Source of the DNA: Azolla caroliniana
Taxonomy: Eukaryota > Plantae > Polypodiophyta
Length of the DNA stretch: 64,000 bases
NCBI GenBank assembly: GCA_043228905.1
Contig: JBHGNT010000007.1
Coordinates: forward strand, 11,036,001 to 11,100,000
Direction: 5' to 3'
Shown: positions 34,394 through 45,903 of the stretch, piece by piece
Position numbering within the stretch: position 1 is the stretch's first letter
Layout of the letters: the number at the start of each line of letters is the position of its first letter
The notes under the pieces: generated by a model
What the model was told of the DNA's origin: nothing
Seen by the model: only the letters and a program-made list of their open reading frames with translations
The model's database searches: none
Program-made: the position numbers and the translations under genes

Positions 34394-37300
34394 CCTCTCA
34401 CTCACTCTTTCCTTCTCTCGAGAGTTCTCCACCTCTCTTAGTACTAATACTTCTTTTAGTACTAATTCCTTCTCTATCTTAGTATTGTTCCTGACAGTTT
34501 GAACCGATTTTTGGTCGATCTTCCTTTCCTCCTTTTCCTTTTATCTTCTTATTAATCCTCTTATCCTCCCTAGTAAAATGGAAACTGTTAGCGCTCAGGA
34601 ATACCAATCTGTTTTCTCGGAGCTCTAGTGCTTAAAAGAGAAATTTGTAGCACTAGAACAAGAAAATCATCGCTTGTTGGGGGATCTTCAACAAATAGCG
34701 TTGGAAAAACAACAACAACACGGGGAGCTGACACTACGTGTACAACAACTCGAAGTGACTATCATATCATTACAACAACAAGGATCAAGCACTCAAGGGA
34801 TTCACAAAGAACCCAAGATCGGTCTTCCTGCAAAATTTGATGGGACCCGATCACAGTTTAGAGGGTTTTTGAATCAGGTACGTTTAGTGATACAAATGCA
34901 TCCTTCTCGATATCCCACCGATGCATCATGAGTGGGACTAGTAGGCACTCTCCTTAGTGGCTCAGCGTTAGCATGGTTTGCTCCATTGTTGGAAAAGGAT
35001 TCTCCATTATTAAACAGTTTTGAAGAATTTGTAAGTGAGTTTAAGGCCTGTTTTGGAGATACTGACAGCATAAGGACTGCAATCAACAAAATCTGGCGAT
35101 TACGCCAAGGTGATTGTCTAGCTTCCGCATACGCTGCAGATTTCTGCCTACTCGCTGCCGATATCCCTTGGGATGATCACGCATTGATGGAGCAATTCCG
35201 TTATGGCTTACGCAACGATGTCAAGGATTTACTCTTGACCTTCCCCGAAGAGCCAAAGTCATTAACAGAAGCAATTAGTTGCGCGGTGAGATGCAACAAC
35301 CGCCTCTTCGAACGACGTTCGGAACGACAATTCCAGATTCCGAGGGCAAGATCAGAGCCTACCTATGCCTCAGTGGTAGCGAAACCTTTTCCGAGGGAGT
35401 CATATAATGCGCCTCCAGCAAGTACTCCAACTCCGATGGAAATTGACACCACACGTCGTTGTGGACCGCTATCAGAAGAAGAAAAGCAACGATGCCGAGC
35501 AAACCGACTATGTCTTTATTGCGGTGGACCAGGGCATATCGCGGTAAACTGTCCCCATAGGCCAAGAAGGTAGGTAAACCAAATAGTTGCTAGTTCTGAT
35601 TGTACTAAACCCGAGTCTATTTTAGTAGGGATATCTGATAGTCCTAATAGTATTAATAGCCCAAATCTAGCGAACAAATTTGATGTCCTTAGTCAGTTAG
35701 AAGAAGAGTTAAACGACTAAGTCTAGCCAAAATAGGAGTCGTTTGGTTGGACAACCCTAGATCTGTGCAGCCCATTAGTGGTTCCATTCCCTCTAAGCAA
35801 GTTAGCAATGTGTTCGTAGCCCAAGTAACAGTTAGTACTAAAAGTACTCCTCCAGTACATGTCTTAGCACTTCTAGATTCCGGAGCTAATTCTTGCTTCA
35901 TGGATAGGAAATTTGCCCAAGCTCATCAGATATCTCTCAGAAAACTCTCGTGTCCTGCCCTTGTAGTAGTCGTCGATGGTCGTCCCATTGCTTCAGGAAA
36001 TATCATAGAAGAGTCAGAGCCCGTTAATATTGCCCTAGATAATCTAGCATGTGTCATATCATTTAATATAATTAGCATCCCAGAACACCCCATTGTCTTA
36101 GGATTACCATGGTTCGAATTACATAACCCAGACATAGATTGGTGGACAAGAGAAATCCGGCATCGAAAAGCCCGAGGGTCTAGTCATGAAATTGCAACGA
36201 TTTCACTACATAAGTTGCGTGAGGAAGGATACAAGGAAGAAATGTTCCTCTTCGCAATATCAGTAAACCCCTCCAGCACCACTAAAGAGGATTCCACCGT
36301 TCAACTTCCAGAGAAGTATCATCAGTATGCCGATGTGTTTGATAAAGTACAAGCCAGTACGCTTCCTCACCATCGACCATATGATTGCCCCATCGATTTA
36401 CAACCGGGGAAAGAGCCACCTTGGGGACCAATCTACAATTTTTCACCAACCAAACTGGAAGTCCTTCGAGCCTATATAGAGGAGAATTTGGAGAATGGTT
36501 TCATACGACATTCGAAATCTCCAGCCGGTGCACCCATTTTCTTCGTCAAGAAAAAGGATGGCTCACTTCGGCTCGTTGTAGATTACCGTGGCTTGAATAA
36601 GGTTACAATCCGAAATAGGTATGCACTCCCCCTTATCTCAAGTCTTTTAGAACGGATCAATGGTGCCAGGTTCTTCACGAAGATCGACTTACGGGGAGCC
36701 TATAACCTCGTACGGATCCGACCAGGAGATGAATGGAAGACCGCGTTCCGCACCAGATATGGGCACTTCGAGTATACGGTCATGCCGTTCGGCCTCACTA
36801 ATGCGCCAACAGTCTTCCAGCACATGGCAAATGATATTTTCCGAGATCTCTTGGATGTGTGTCTAATCATCTATTTGGATGATCTACTGGTTTACTCGAA
36901 GACCCAAGAAGAGCATGATTCTAATGTACTGTTAGTACTAAAACGACTTCGAGAACATGGTCTCTATGCAAAGCTGGAAAAATGTAGTTTCAGGTGCAAC
37001 CAGGTGGAGTTTCTCGGCTATGTCATTTCGTCAGAAGGCATCTCCATGGACCCAGCTAAGGTCAAAACGGTGGTAGAATGGCAGTTTCCGCGTTTGGTGC
37101 GGGATGTGCAATGCTTTCTAGGCTTTGCCAATTTTTACCGGAAGTTTATAAAGGATTACTCAAAACTCATTTTGCCTCTTACACAACTTACTAGGAAGGG
37201 ACAATCGTTCATTTGGTTTGAAGAAGCGGACATGGCTTTTGAGAATCTTAAACAGGCATTTACATCGGCTCCGATTCTAGCTCACGTTGATCCATAAAAA

Positions 37301-39068
37301 CCATTCATCATCGAAACGGACACATCGGATTTTGCATTGGGAAGCATTCTATCACAACGAGGTAATGATGAAAAGCTACATCCTGTGGCTTTTCACTCAC
37401 ACAAGTTTGACGCCGCCGAAATCAACTACGAAATTCATGATAAAGAGCTATTGGCTATAGTGGACTCTTTTATGCAATGGAGGCATTTTCTAGAGGGATC
37501 TTCTCATCAAGTCACTGTATTCAGTGACCACAAAAACCTCGCCTATTTTCAAGTCGCTCGTGTGTTAAATCGACGTCAAGCTCGGTGGGCCCATTTTCCC
37601 ACGCGTTTCGACTTCAAGATTACATATCGACTTGGGAAACATCAAGGGAAGGCAGATACATTATCACGGCGTTCGTACCTAGCACCGCGTCCCAGCGAGC
37701 CAGCTTTCGATAACCAAAAGCAAGTAATCTTGGGACCGGCACGACTACAAGTAACACAAGTCTTTGGCATGCCCATGGATTCCCACGTTATCGATATCAT
37801 ACATGTGGACCTGAAGACAGATGCTTTCGCCCAAGCTATACTAGCACAAATTGATCCCTCTCGAGCGTCGTGTTCACAGTCGCAACCACCAGGTACGAAC
37901 TATCGGCAATTCAAATACCATGATGGATTACTCTTCTTTAAAGAACTTTTGTATGTTCCTAATGGTTCTTGCCGCCTTCAAGTAGTACAAAACTGTCATG
38001 ACACATATACAACTGGGCATTTTGGTAGTACTAAAACATTAGATTTAGTACAACGATCATTCTGGTGGCCCCGTATGTGACAATTTGTCGAAGATTTTGT
38101 TCGGACTTGTGACACATGCTGCAGAGCGAAAATGCCAAGGCATCATCCATATGGTTTATTAGAACCATTACCAATTCCAAGCAAGCCATGGCAATCCATT
38201 GCTCTAGACTTCATCACAGATCTTCCGGTCTCTAAGGGGTTCAATGCGATTCTAACATTGTAATACATAGAATATTATTTTCATTTATGTTTTATTATAG
38301 AAAATTGATGTATATTCCAGATTTCTCTGGAACATTCTAGAAACTTTAGGAGTATTCCTTAGAACACTATAAAAGGAGGCACGAGGCATTATTTCGAACC
38401 AAATCGGTTCAACGCCAGTCTTAAGCCTCCTAGCTACTACTGTACATTCTCTTCACATAATATATATATTTTCTTATCATCTCTCTTTCTCTCTCTCGAT
38501 CTCTCTCTCCCTCCCTCTCACTCACTGTTTCCTTCTCTCGAGAGTTCTCCACCTATCTTAGTACTAATACTTCTTTTAGCACTAATTCCTTCTCTATCTT
38601 AGTACTGTTCCTGACACAACCTCTTCCTCTCTTGTCCTCTCTCTCTCTCTCTCTGTACACAGTTACGCACAGAATTATCGCGACAACGATAATCACACAC
38701 AACTACTATATCATGTTTGCCCTAGGTCATATTTATACTAATATGACTTTCGGGTTATTTACAAATATAGCCCCAATGGGCTCTCTGGAACATATTTACA
38801 TATATGTCCCCTCCATCCGATGAGAGGTTCTCACTAGGCTTGCAACATCCGGTTCTCACCCTGTCTTCGTTGCCGGGGACTCCACATCCGGTTCTCACCG
38901 GGTCTTCCGTTGCCGGGGACTCCACATCTGGTTCTCATCGGGTCTTCCGTTGCCGGGACTCCACATTCGGTTCTCACCGGGTCTGCAACATCCGGATTCG
39001 GCCTCGACCGAGTTGCTCATCAACATAGTTCTTCTCACTTCCCATCCGGAGGGACCTGTTTCCTAACA
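33795..39068 (-). mobile_element. Solo LTR E (Copia A/B/G-related), split by chromovirus copy 2
   Basis: TGATAGG...CCTAACA termini, TSD ACATC (33790-33794 and 39069-39073); shares CTCGGCCACAACC, ACGTGGAAAACCC and CCGGAGGGACC blocks with the Copia B and G LTRs; repeats of about 37 bp at 38845-38990. Confidence 0.88.
34064..38616 (+). mobile_element. Ty3/Gypsy chromovirus, copy 2, internally deleted
   Basis: 5' LTR 34064-34496, TSD CAACC; gag with stops (34578-35720), pol 35708-38255 with stops; a deletion at about 38255 joins integrase to about nt 72 of the 3' LTR. Confidence 0.93.
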
Positions 39069-39678
39069 ACATCCACCCCCACCAAACCGCCCATCCACCG
39101 GTATGCGCCAGAGAGGGACAAATACTGGAGAAAACCGGCTCGCGGTCACCCGTCGCTCTCCGAACCGTCGTCCGCTCCGGTATAGTCGTTGTCGACGCCT
39201 GCGCTTACCGGGTCCGGTTCGCCTTCATGCCACTTCTTACGGCGTAGGGCCCGAACCACCTCCTTGCGAACTTACGCACCGCCTTGTGCTGGTTGTCGAG
39301 GCTGCTGTAATACACCAACACCCAGTCGCCTTCCTTGATCTTCTTTGGTCGTAGTCGACGCATTCGGTCGAACCAGCCTTTGTTCCTTTCCCTTGCCGCA
39401 TGCAACTTCGCCTTTGCCCGCTCCACATCCTCTAGTCTTTGCTCGAGCTGTCGAATCCACGCCGCTAGTAATGCCTTCACAATCGGCTCGTGCCCGCACT
39501 CTACCTTCCCGTTCGCCTTCGGATTGTACGCCGTAGTGAGGGAAAGCTTAACCCCTAGCCAGTTGAACAGGTCGTCGGCCTTTTGCGCATCCAGCTCCCT
39601 CCGGTCAGCCATGATCTTTCCCACGCACCCATTCCGGCACACCACTTCCTCAATTAGGAACCGACACACGACTGTAGT

Positions 39679-39705
39679 TGTCACGGACACGTTCGAATCT
39701 TGACA
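39679..39705. mobile_element. 27-bp micro-LTR remnant
   Basis: TGTCACGGACACGTTCGAATCTTGACA flanked by a perfect TSD GTAGT; frameshifts Gypsy F integrase. Confidence 0.8.
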
Positions 39706-40508
39706 GTAGTCGTCTTGTTCGGCAATGCCCGACCCTCCTCTTGGTTCGTCAAATCCTCTCTTGCCAACACCAGGTACCGCATCTGCCCTACCCCCATCGA
39801 CATTGTCACCAAGTCCACTATCCACTTGAAGTGGACGGCCGGTGGGTAAGTCGAGTGTAGCTCGTCTCGATGCCAGATTACAGAATGCATCTGGCAGCTC
39901 TCACAAGTTGTCACGAACTGATGAACGTCCCGGTACAGTCCTGGGCACCAATACTTCTCCTTCAGCTTTTCGAACGTGGCCCAAGGACTCTCGTGATATG
40001 TTGTTAGCAACGCCTCTTGCTCTTCCTTCTTCGCCACTACCCGGAGTGGGATGCCGCCTCGCTTCTTCGGGTGTTTCCATATGCTTCTGTTCTGTAGGAA
40101 GAACTGGTACGCTTTCTTCCGAATCCGGTTAGCCTCTTCTCTCGTCCACGCCGCGTCCGGTTTCATCGTCTTTAGGAACCCACTGATTTGGAGCCACTCC
40201 CCGCCGTACTCGCCTTCGTCAAACTCATTAAGCGCCAGGGTGCTCCCTTCCCTCGACGTCACATAAGCCGACTCGAAGAAGTCCACGCCGACTTCCTCGT
40301 CCTCCGAAACCATGTCGTCTTCGTCATCAAACCGCGCTCTCGAAAGCATGTCGGCCATCGCGTTGTCCTTCTTGGAGATGTGCCGTATCTCCGGATTCAT
40401 GGACTTAATGTACGCGATCCACCTGAGCATCGCCAGGTCCGGCGTCGCGCATCCGGAAACCATACTGAGGATCGGTAAGCAGTCCGTCTCAATTATCACC
40501 TCCGTCCC

Positions 40509-43500
40509 TGTTGGAAAACAGTGCTCGGCCACAACCGAGGAATAGGACCAACTCACAGAAAACGGGAAATACAAAAAAAAATGCACGAAGACAATAGAGA
40601 GAAAAAATACACAGGATGTTTTACGTGGAAAACCCTAAATGGGAAAAACCACGGGAGTCCTCAAACTCCAACTATCACTATGAACAGAGATGTACAATGG
40701 TGAAGCCACAAGGCAACAACCTTGAGCTCACTGTCTTCGCCACAGGCGGCGGTAATACACAGAGGCGACGACCTCTTCGTCTTTCTCTCTCTCTCTCTCT
40801 CTCTCTCGGCTGCTCTCTTCACTCTCTCTAAGTGAAAACAGAAAATGAGCAACAACTAACTAAACTGTTTGCCCTAAGTCATATTTATACACATATGACT
40901 TTCGGACTATTTACAAATATAGTCTCCGCATCCGGATCTCTCTCCGGGTACTTCGTCATCCGGCTCCGTAACCGGGGTCTTCATCATCCGGCTCCGTAGC
41001 CGGGTCTTCGTCATCCGGCTCCGTAGCCGGGGTCTTCATCATCCGGCTCCGTAGCCGGGTCTTCTTCATCCTCCGGTTCTGTAACCGCAACCGGGCTTGC
41101 CGTCATTCATCTCCGGACATCCCATCCGGAGGGACCGACATCCCAACAAACTCCCCCTTCACTTCGGCATGGGATGTCTCTCCAATCCGACCCTCTTCCG
41201 GCATGCTTCCAGCTTGTCGGGTGTAAGTACCTTGGTCAGCATATCCGACCCGTTCTCGTCCGTGTGGATCTTCGTCAGCACGAACTCCTTGTCTTCTATC
41301 CTTTCCCGGATCCAGTGGTATCTACGCTGGATGTGCTTCGTCCGGGAGTGATAGGCCGCATTCTTCGCAAGGTGGATGGCACTCTGACTGTCGCAGTAGA
41401 GTCGGTACTCCTCCTGCCGGATACCGAGCTCTCTAATGAAGTCCTTCATCCATATTATTTCCTTGCCGGCTTCAACAGCCGCCATGTACTCCGCCTCCGT
41501 GGTTGATAGTGCAACCGTCTTCTGCAACCTTGACTGCCACGAAACAGCTCCCCCTGCATACGTCATCACATACCCTGATGTGGACCGGCTGGTATCTGCA
41601 TCAGCCGACATATCCGAATCGGTAAAGCCGTCGAGTTCGGGCTTTCCGGAGCCGAATCGGAGGCACACGTTTGCCGTGCCCTTCAGGTATCGGAGTATCC
41701 ACTTGACCGCGTTCCAGTGCTCTTTGCCGGGATTGCTCATGTACCGGCTCACCACTCCGACTGCGTATCCTATGTCCGGTCTTGTACACACCATTGCATA
41801 CATCAAGCTTCCGACGGCTGAGGCATACGGCACTTTCATCATATCCTCCTTTTCAGCCTTTGTCTTGGGACTTTGCTTGTTGGACAGCTTGCAGTTTGCT
41901 GGGAGGGTCGATCCGACCGGCCTTGCTTCCGACATGTTGAACCGTTTAAGCACCTTTGTCACGTACTTCTCCTGTGACAGCCACAACTGCTTCTTGCTCC
42001 GGTCCCGGATGATGTGCATCCCTAGTATTTGTCTCGCCGGACCCAAGTCCTTCATTGAGAAGGTTCGGTGAAGAGCCTTCTTCAGCATCCGTATCTTGAC
42101 CTGGTCCCGTCCGACGATCAACATGTCGTCCGCGTACAGGAGGAGTATTAGAAAGTCTCCTCCTTCGAACTTCTTCACAAACACGCAGTGATCGGACTGC
42201 GTTTTGTGGTACCCTTCGTCAGTCATGAAGGAGTCGAACTTCCGGTACCACTACCGGGGAGCCTGCTTCAGTCCGTAAAGGCTCTTCTTCAACCGGCATA
42301 CCAGGTGCTCCTTCCCTTTCTTCTCGAATCCTTCCGGTTGCTGCATGTAGATCTCTTCTTCGAGGTCACCGTGAAGGAATGCCGTCTTCACGTCCATCTG
42401 TTCTACCTCGAGGTCCATGCTTGCCGCTATGCTCAGCACCGTCCGGATGGAGGTCATCTTCACTACCGGGGCAAATATCTCGTCGAAGTCGACGCCCTTC
42501 TTCTGCTGAAACCCCTTCACCACGATCCTGGCTTTGTATCTCGGGGGGTTTCCGGCATCTCCCGGTTTCAGCTTGAACACCCACTTGTTTCGAAGTGCAC
42601 GCTTTCCTTTCGGCAACTCCACAAGTTCATATGTGTGGTTCTCATGCAGGGAATCCATCTCCTCCTGCATGGCACTTAACCACCTGCGGCTATGGATGTC
42701 ATGCTTTGCTTCTTCAAAGCTCTCCGGCTCCCCCTCGTCAGTTAGCAGCACGTGCTCTGGTTCCGGAAATCTCCGGGGGGCCCTTCTCTCCCTTAGAGGA
42801 TATCTCCGTTCCGGAGCTTCGGTAACCGGTTCTTCCGATTCTTCTTCATCCGAGTCCATTTCGGGATCGGGGCCGGTTCCGGTATCATTTTCATCTTCTT
42901 CGGCCGGTTCTGTTTCTTCACCGTCTTCGGCCGGATCCTCGAGTGCTAACCGGTCCCTTGCCGGTCGGGACTGCTCCTCGTAGAGTTTATCCTCACCGGT
43001 CGACTTGGAGCTCTTCATCTTCTTCTCCGACTCCCAGTCGGCGAGTGTCTTGTCCTCCATGAAGATGATGTCTCGACTCCTGAATATCTTCTTGTCGACC
43101 GGGTCCCATACTCGGTAGCCGAACTCGTCGTCGCCGTAACCGAGGAATATGCATGGCCGGGTCTTTGGGTCTAACTTTCCTCTCCGGTCCTTTGCCACAT
43201 GCACGTATGCGAGACACCCGAACACCTTCAGATGCCGGTAGGATACTTCCCTACCGGTCCACACTCTCTGCGGCGTGTCTCCGTCCAAAGGTACTGAGGG
43301 TGATCTGTTTATCACGTATGTCGCCGTCGACATTGCCTCAGCCCAAAACCCCTTGGGTAATTTCGCATGCGCCAGCATACTCCGGACCCTCTCCATTATG
43401 GTCCGGTTCATCCTCTCGGCCAGCCCGTTCAGTTCCGGCGTCTTCGGCACAGTAAACTCGAGCCGGATTCCCTTCGAGCGACAGTACTCCTGGAACTGCC

Positions 43501-45903
43501 CCCGGTATTCCCCTCCGTTATCCGCTCGTATCGCTTTCAGCTTCTTGCCGGATTCCCTTTCCACTCTCGCGTGGAGTTCTTTGAAGACGCACAACACTTG
43601 GTCCTTTGTCTTCAACGGTGCCGTCCACAGCTTCCGGCTGTGGTCATCAATGAATGTCACGAAGTACTTGGCTCCTCCATGTGACTTCGTTTCTACTTGA
43701 CACACGTCAGTGTGCACCAACTCCAATGGTGCGCTACGTCTCGTCGGTGGCCTTGAGTGGAAGGAGGTCCGGTTTTGCTTACCGGCCAGACAGTCGGTAC
43801 ACTTCCCCAAGTGTACATGCTTTACCGGTATCAGGTTGTCTTCGGCAAGCCTCTTCATCCCCTTCTCGCTCATGTGGCACAGTCTCTTGTGCCACAGCTC
43901 ACCGGCAGTGTCAGCTGCCACGTTCAGCTCCTCCGGACATAGCCGGGAATTCATCAGGTACAGAGTGTTGACCTTCCGGGCCCGAGCCACTATCAGGCTC
44001 CCTTTGCTGAACTTCATGACACCGTTCCGGATGCTACCCGTGTAGCCTTCATCGTCTAGCCTCCCGGCCGAAATCAGGTTCAATCGAACCTCCGGAATGT
44101 GTCGAACATCCTTCAACAGCATCTTGCATCCGGTTGATGTCATCAGCCACACGTCTCCTATGCCGGCAATCCGGCATGTTCCTTCATTTCCCATCCGGAC
44201 ACAGCCGTGCTCACCGGCTGTGTAGGATGAGAAGTATTTCTTCTCCGGGGTCAGGTGGAACGACGCTCCGGAATCGACCACCCAGGTCATCTCTACACCG
44301 GCAAGGTTCAGCTCCCTCTCTTCGGTAATGAGCATTATCTCTTCTTCACTTGCCGCGAGTGCCGTCGTTCCTTTCCGGTCCTGTCCTCGCCGATCCGGAC
44401 CTCTCCGGTCCGTGGCTCCCCGGTATGCACCGTTTCTCTCCGGTGACTTCTTCGAATCGGTGTCGTCGGCTCCGTTGTCTTTTCGGTAATGCCGACAATT
44501 CTTTCGGAAGTGCCCCGGCTTCCCACAGTGGAAGCATGTGGGTCTTCCTCTTGACTGCGACCGGGTCCCCGACTTCTCCCGTCTTTGCGGACTCCGGTTC
44601 CATTGTCTTCCCCGTTCCGATTCGGTAAGCAGCGCCTTCGAGTCGGAGGCCGGTTCTTTATCTCTCCGACGCGCTTCTTCGTTCAAAATGCTTGTCTTTA
44701 CCGTTTGTAGAGACAAGTTATCTTCGGTGCAGGAGGTGCTGAGAGTCACCACCAAGTTCTCCCAGCTTTCCGGCAATGTACACATCAGAATGATGGCTTG
44801 CATTGCATCCTCCAACGGGAACTTGATCGCCGCAAGCTGGTTCACAAATCCCATGAACGTGCTCACGTGTTCCACCATATTCTCGCCGTCCCGGTACTTG
44901 AGGTTCACTATCTTCCTCATCAGGGAGGTCCGGTTCAACGCATTCTTCCTCTCGTAGAGGCCCGACAGCTTCTTCCACATCTCATATGCGTTGGTGTCAT
45001 TCGCCACATGTTGTAGAACGCTTACATCGACATATTGCCGGATCGTCGCTACGGCTTTCCGGTTCAGGAGCTTCCACTCCGACTCTATTACCCCCTTGGG
45101 TATCTCGGCATTGTCGATTGGTTCATACAGGTCTCGGACGATGAGAAGTTCTTCCATCTTTATCTTCCAGTCGGCGTAGTTCTGTGAGTTCAACACCATC
45201 ATGCCCGGAGGCCCACTACCGCCGCCTTCCATTTTTTGTGTTAACCGTGCTCTGATACCAGTTTGTTGGAAAACAGTGCTCGGCCACAACCGAGGAATAG
45301 GACCAACTCACAGAAAACGGGAAATACAAAAAAAAATGCACGAAGACAATAGAGAGAAAAAATACACAGGATGTTTTACGTGGAAAACCCTAAATGGGAA
45401 AAACCACGGGAGTCCTCAAACTCCAACTATCACTATGAACAGAGATGTACAATGGTGAAGCCACAAGGCAACAACCTTGAGCTCACTGTCTTCGCCACAG
45501 GCGGCGGTAATACACAGAGGCGACGACCTCTTCGTCTTTCTCTCTCTCTCTCTCTCTCTCTCGGCTGCTCTCTTCACTCTCTCTAAGTGAAAACAGAAAA
45601 TGAGCAACAACTAACTAAACTGTTTGCCCTAAGTCATATTTATACACATATGACTTTCGGACTATTTACAAATATAGTCTCCGCATCCGGATCTCTCTCC
45701 GGGTACTTCGTCATCCGGCTCCGTAACCGGGGTCTTCATCATCCGGCTCCGTAGCCGGGTCTTCGTCATCCGGCTCCGTAGCCGGGGTCTTCATCATCCG
45801 GCTCCGTAGCCGGGTCTTCTTCATCCTCCGGTTCTGTAACCGCAACCGGGCTTGCCGTCATTCATCTCCGGACATCCCATCCGGAGGGACCGACATCCCA
45901 ACA
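40509..45903 (-). mobile_element. Copia B, full-length close relative of Copia A
   Basis: 640-bp LTRs 40509-41148 and 45264-45903 that appear identical, TSD GTCCC, PBS at 45249-45260, PPT at about 41151-41160. Confidence 0.97.
41159..45232 (-). pseudogene. Copia B Gag-Pol with one premature stop in RT
   Basis: Collinear with the Copia A ORF; TAG at 42251-42253 (KQAPR*WY) and YADD in place of YVDD. Confidence 0.9.
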
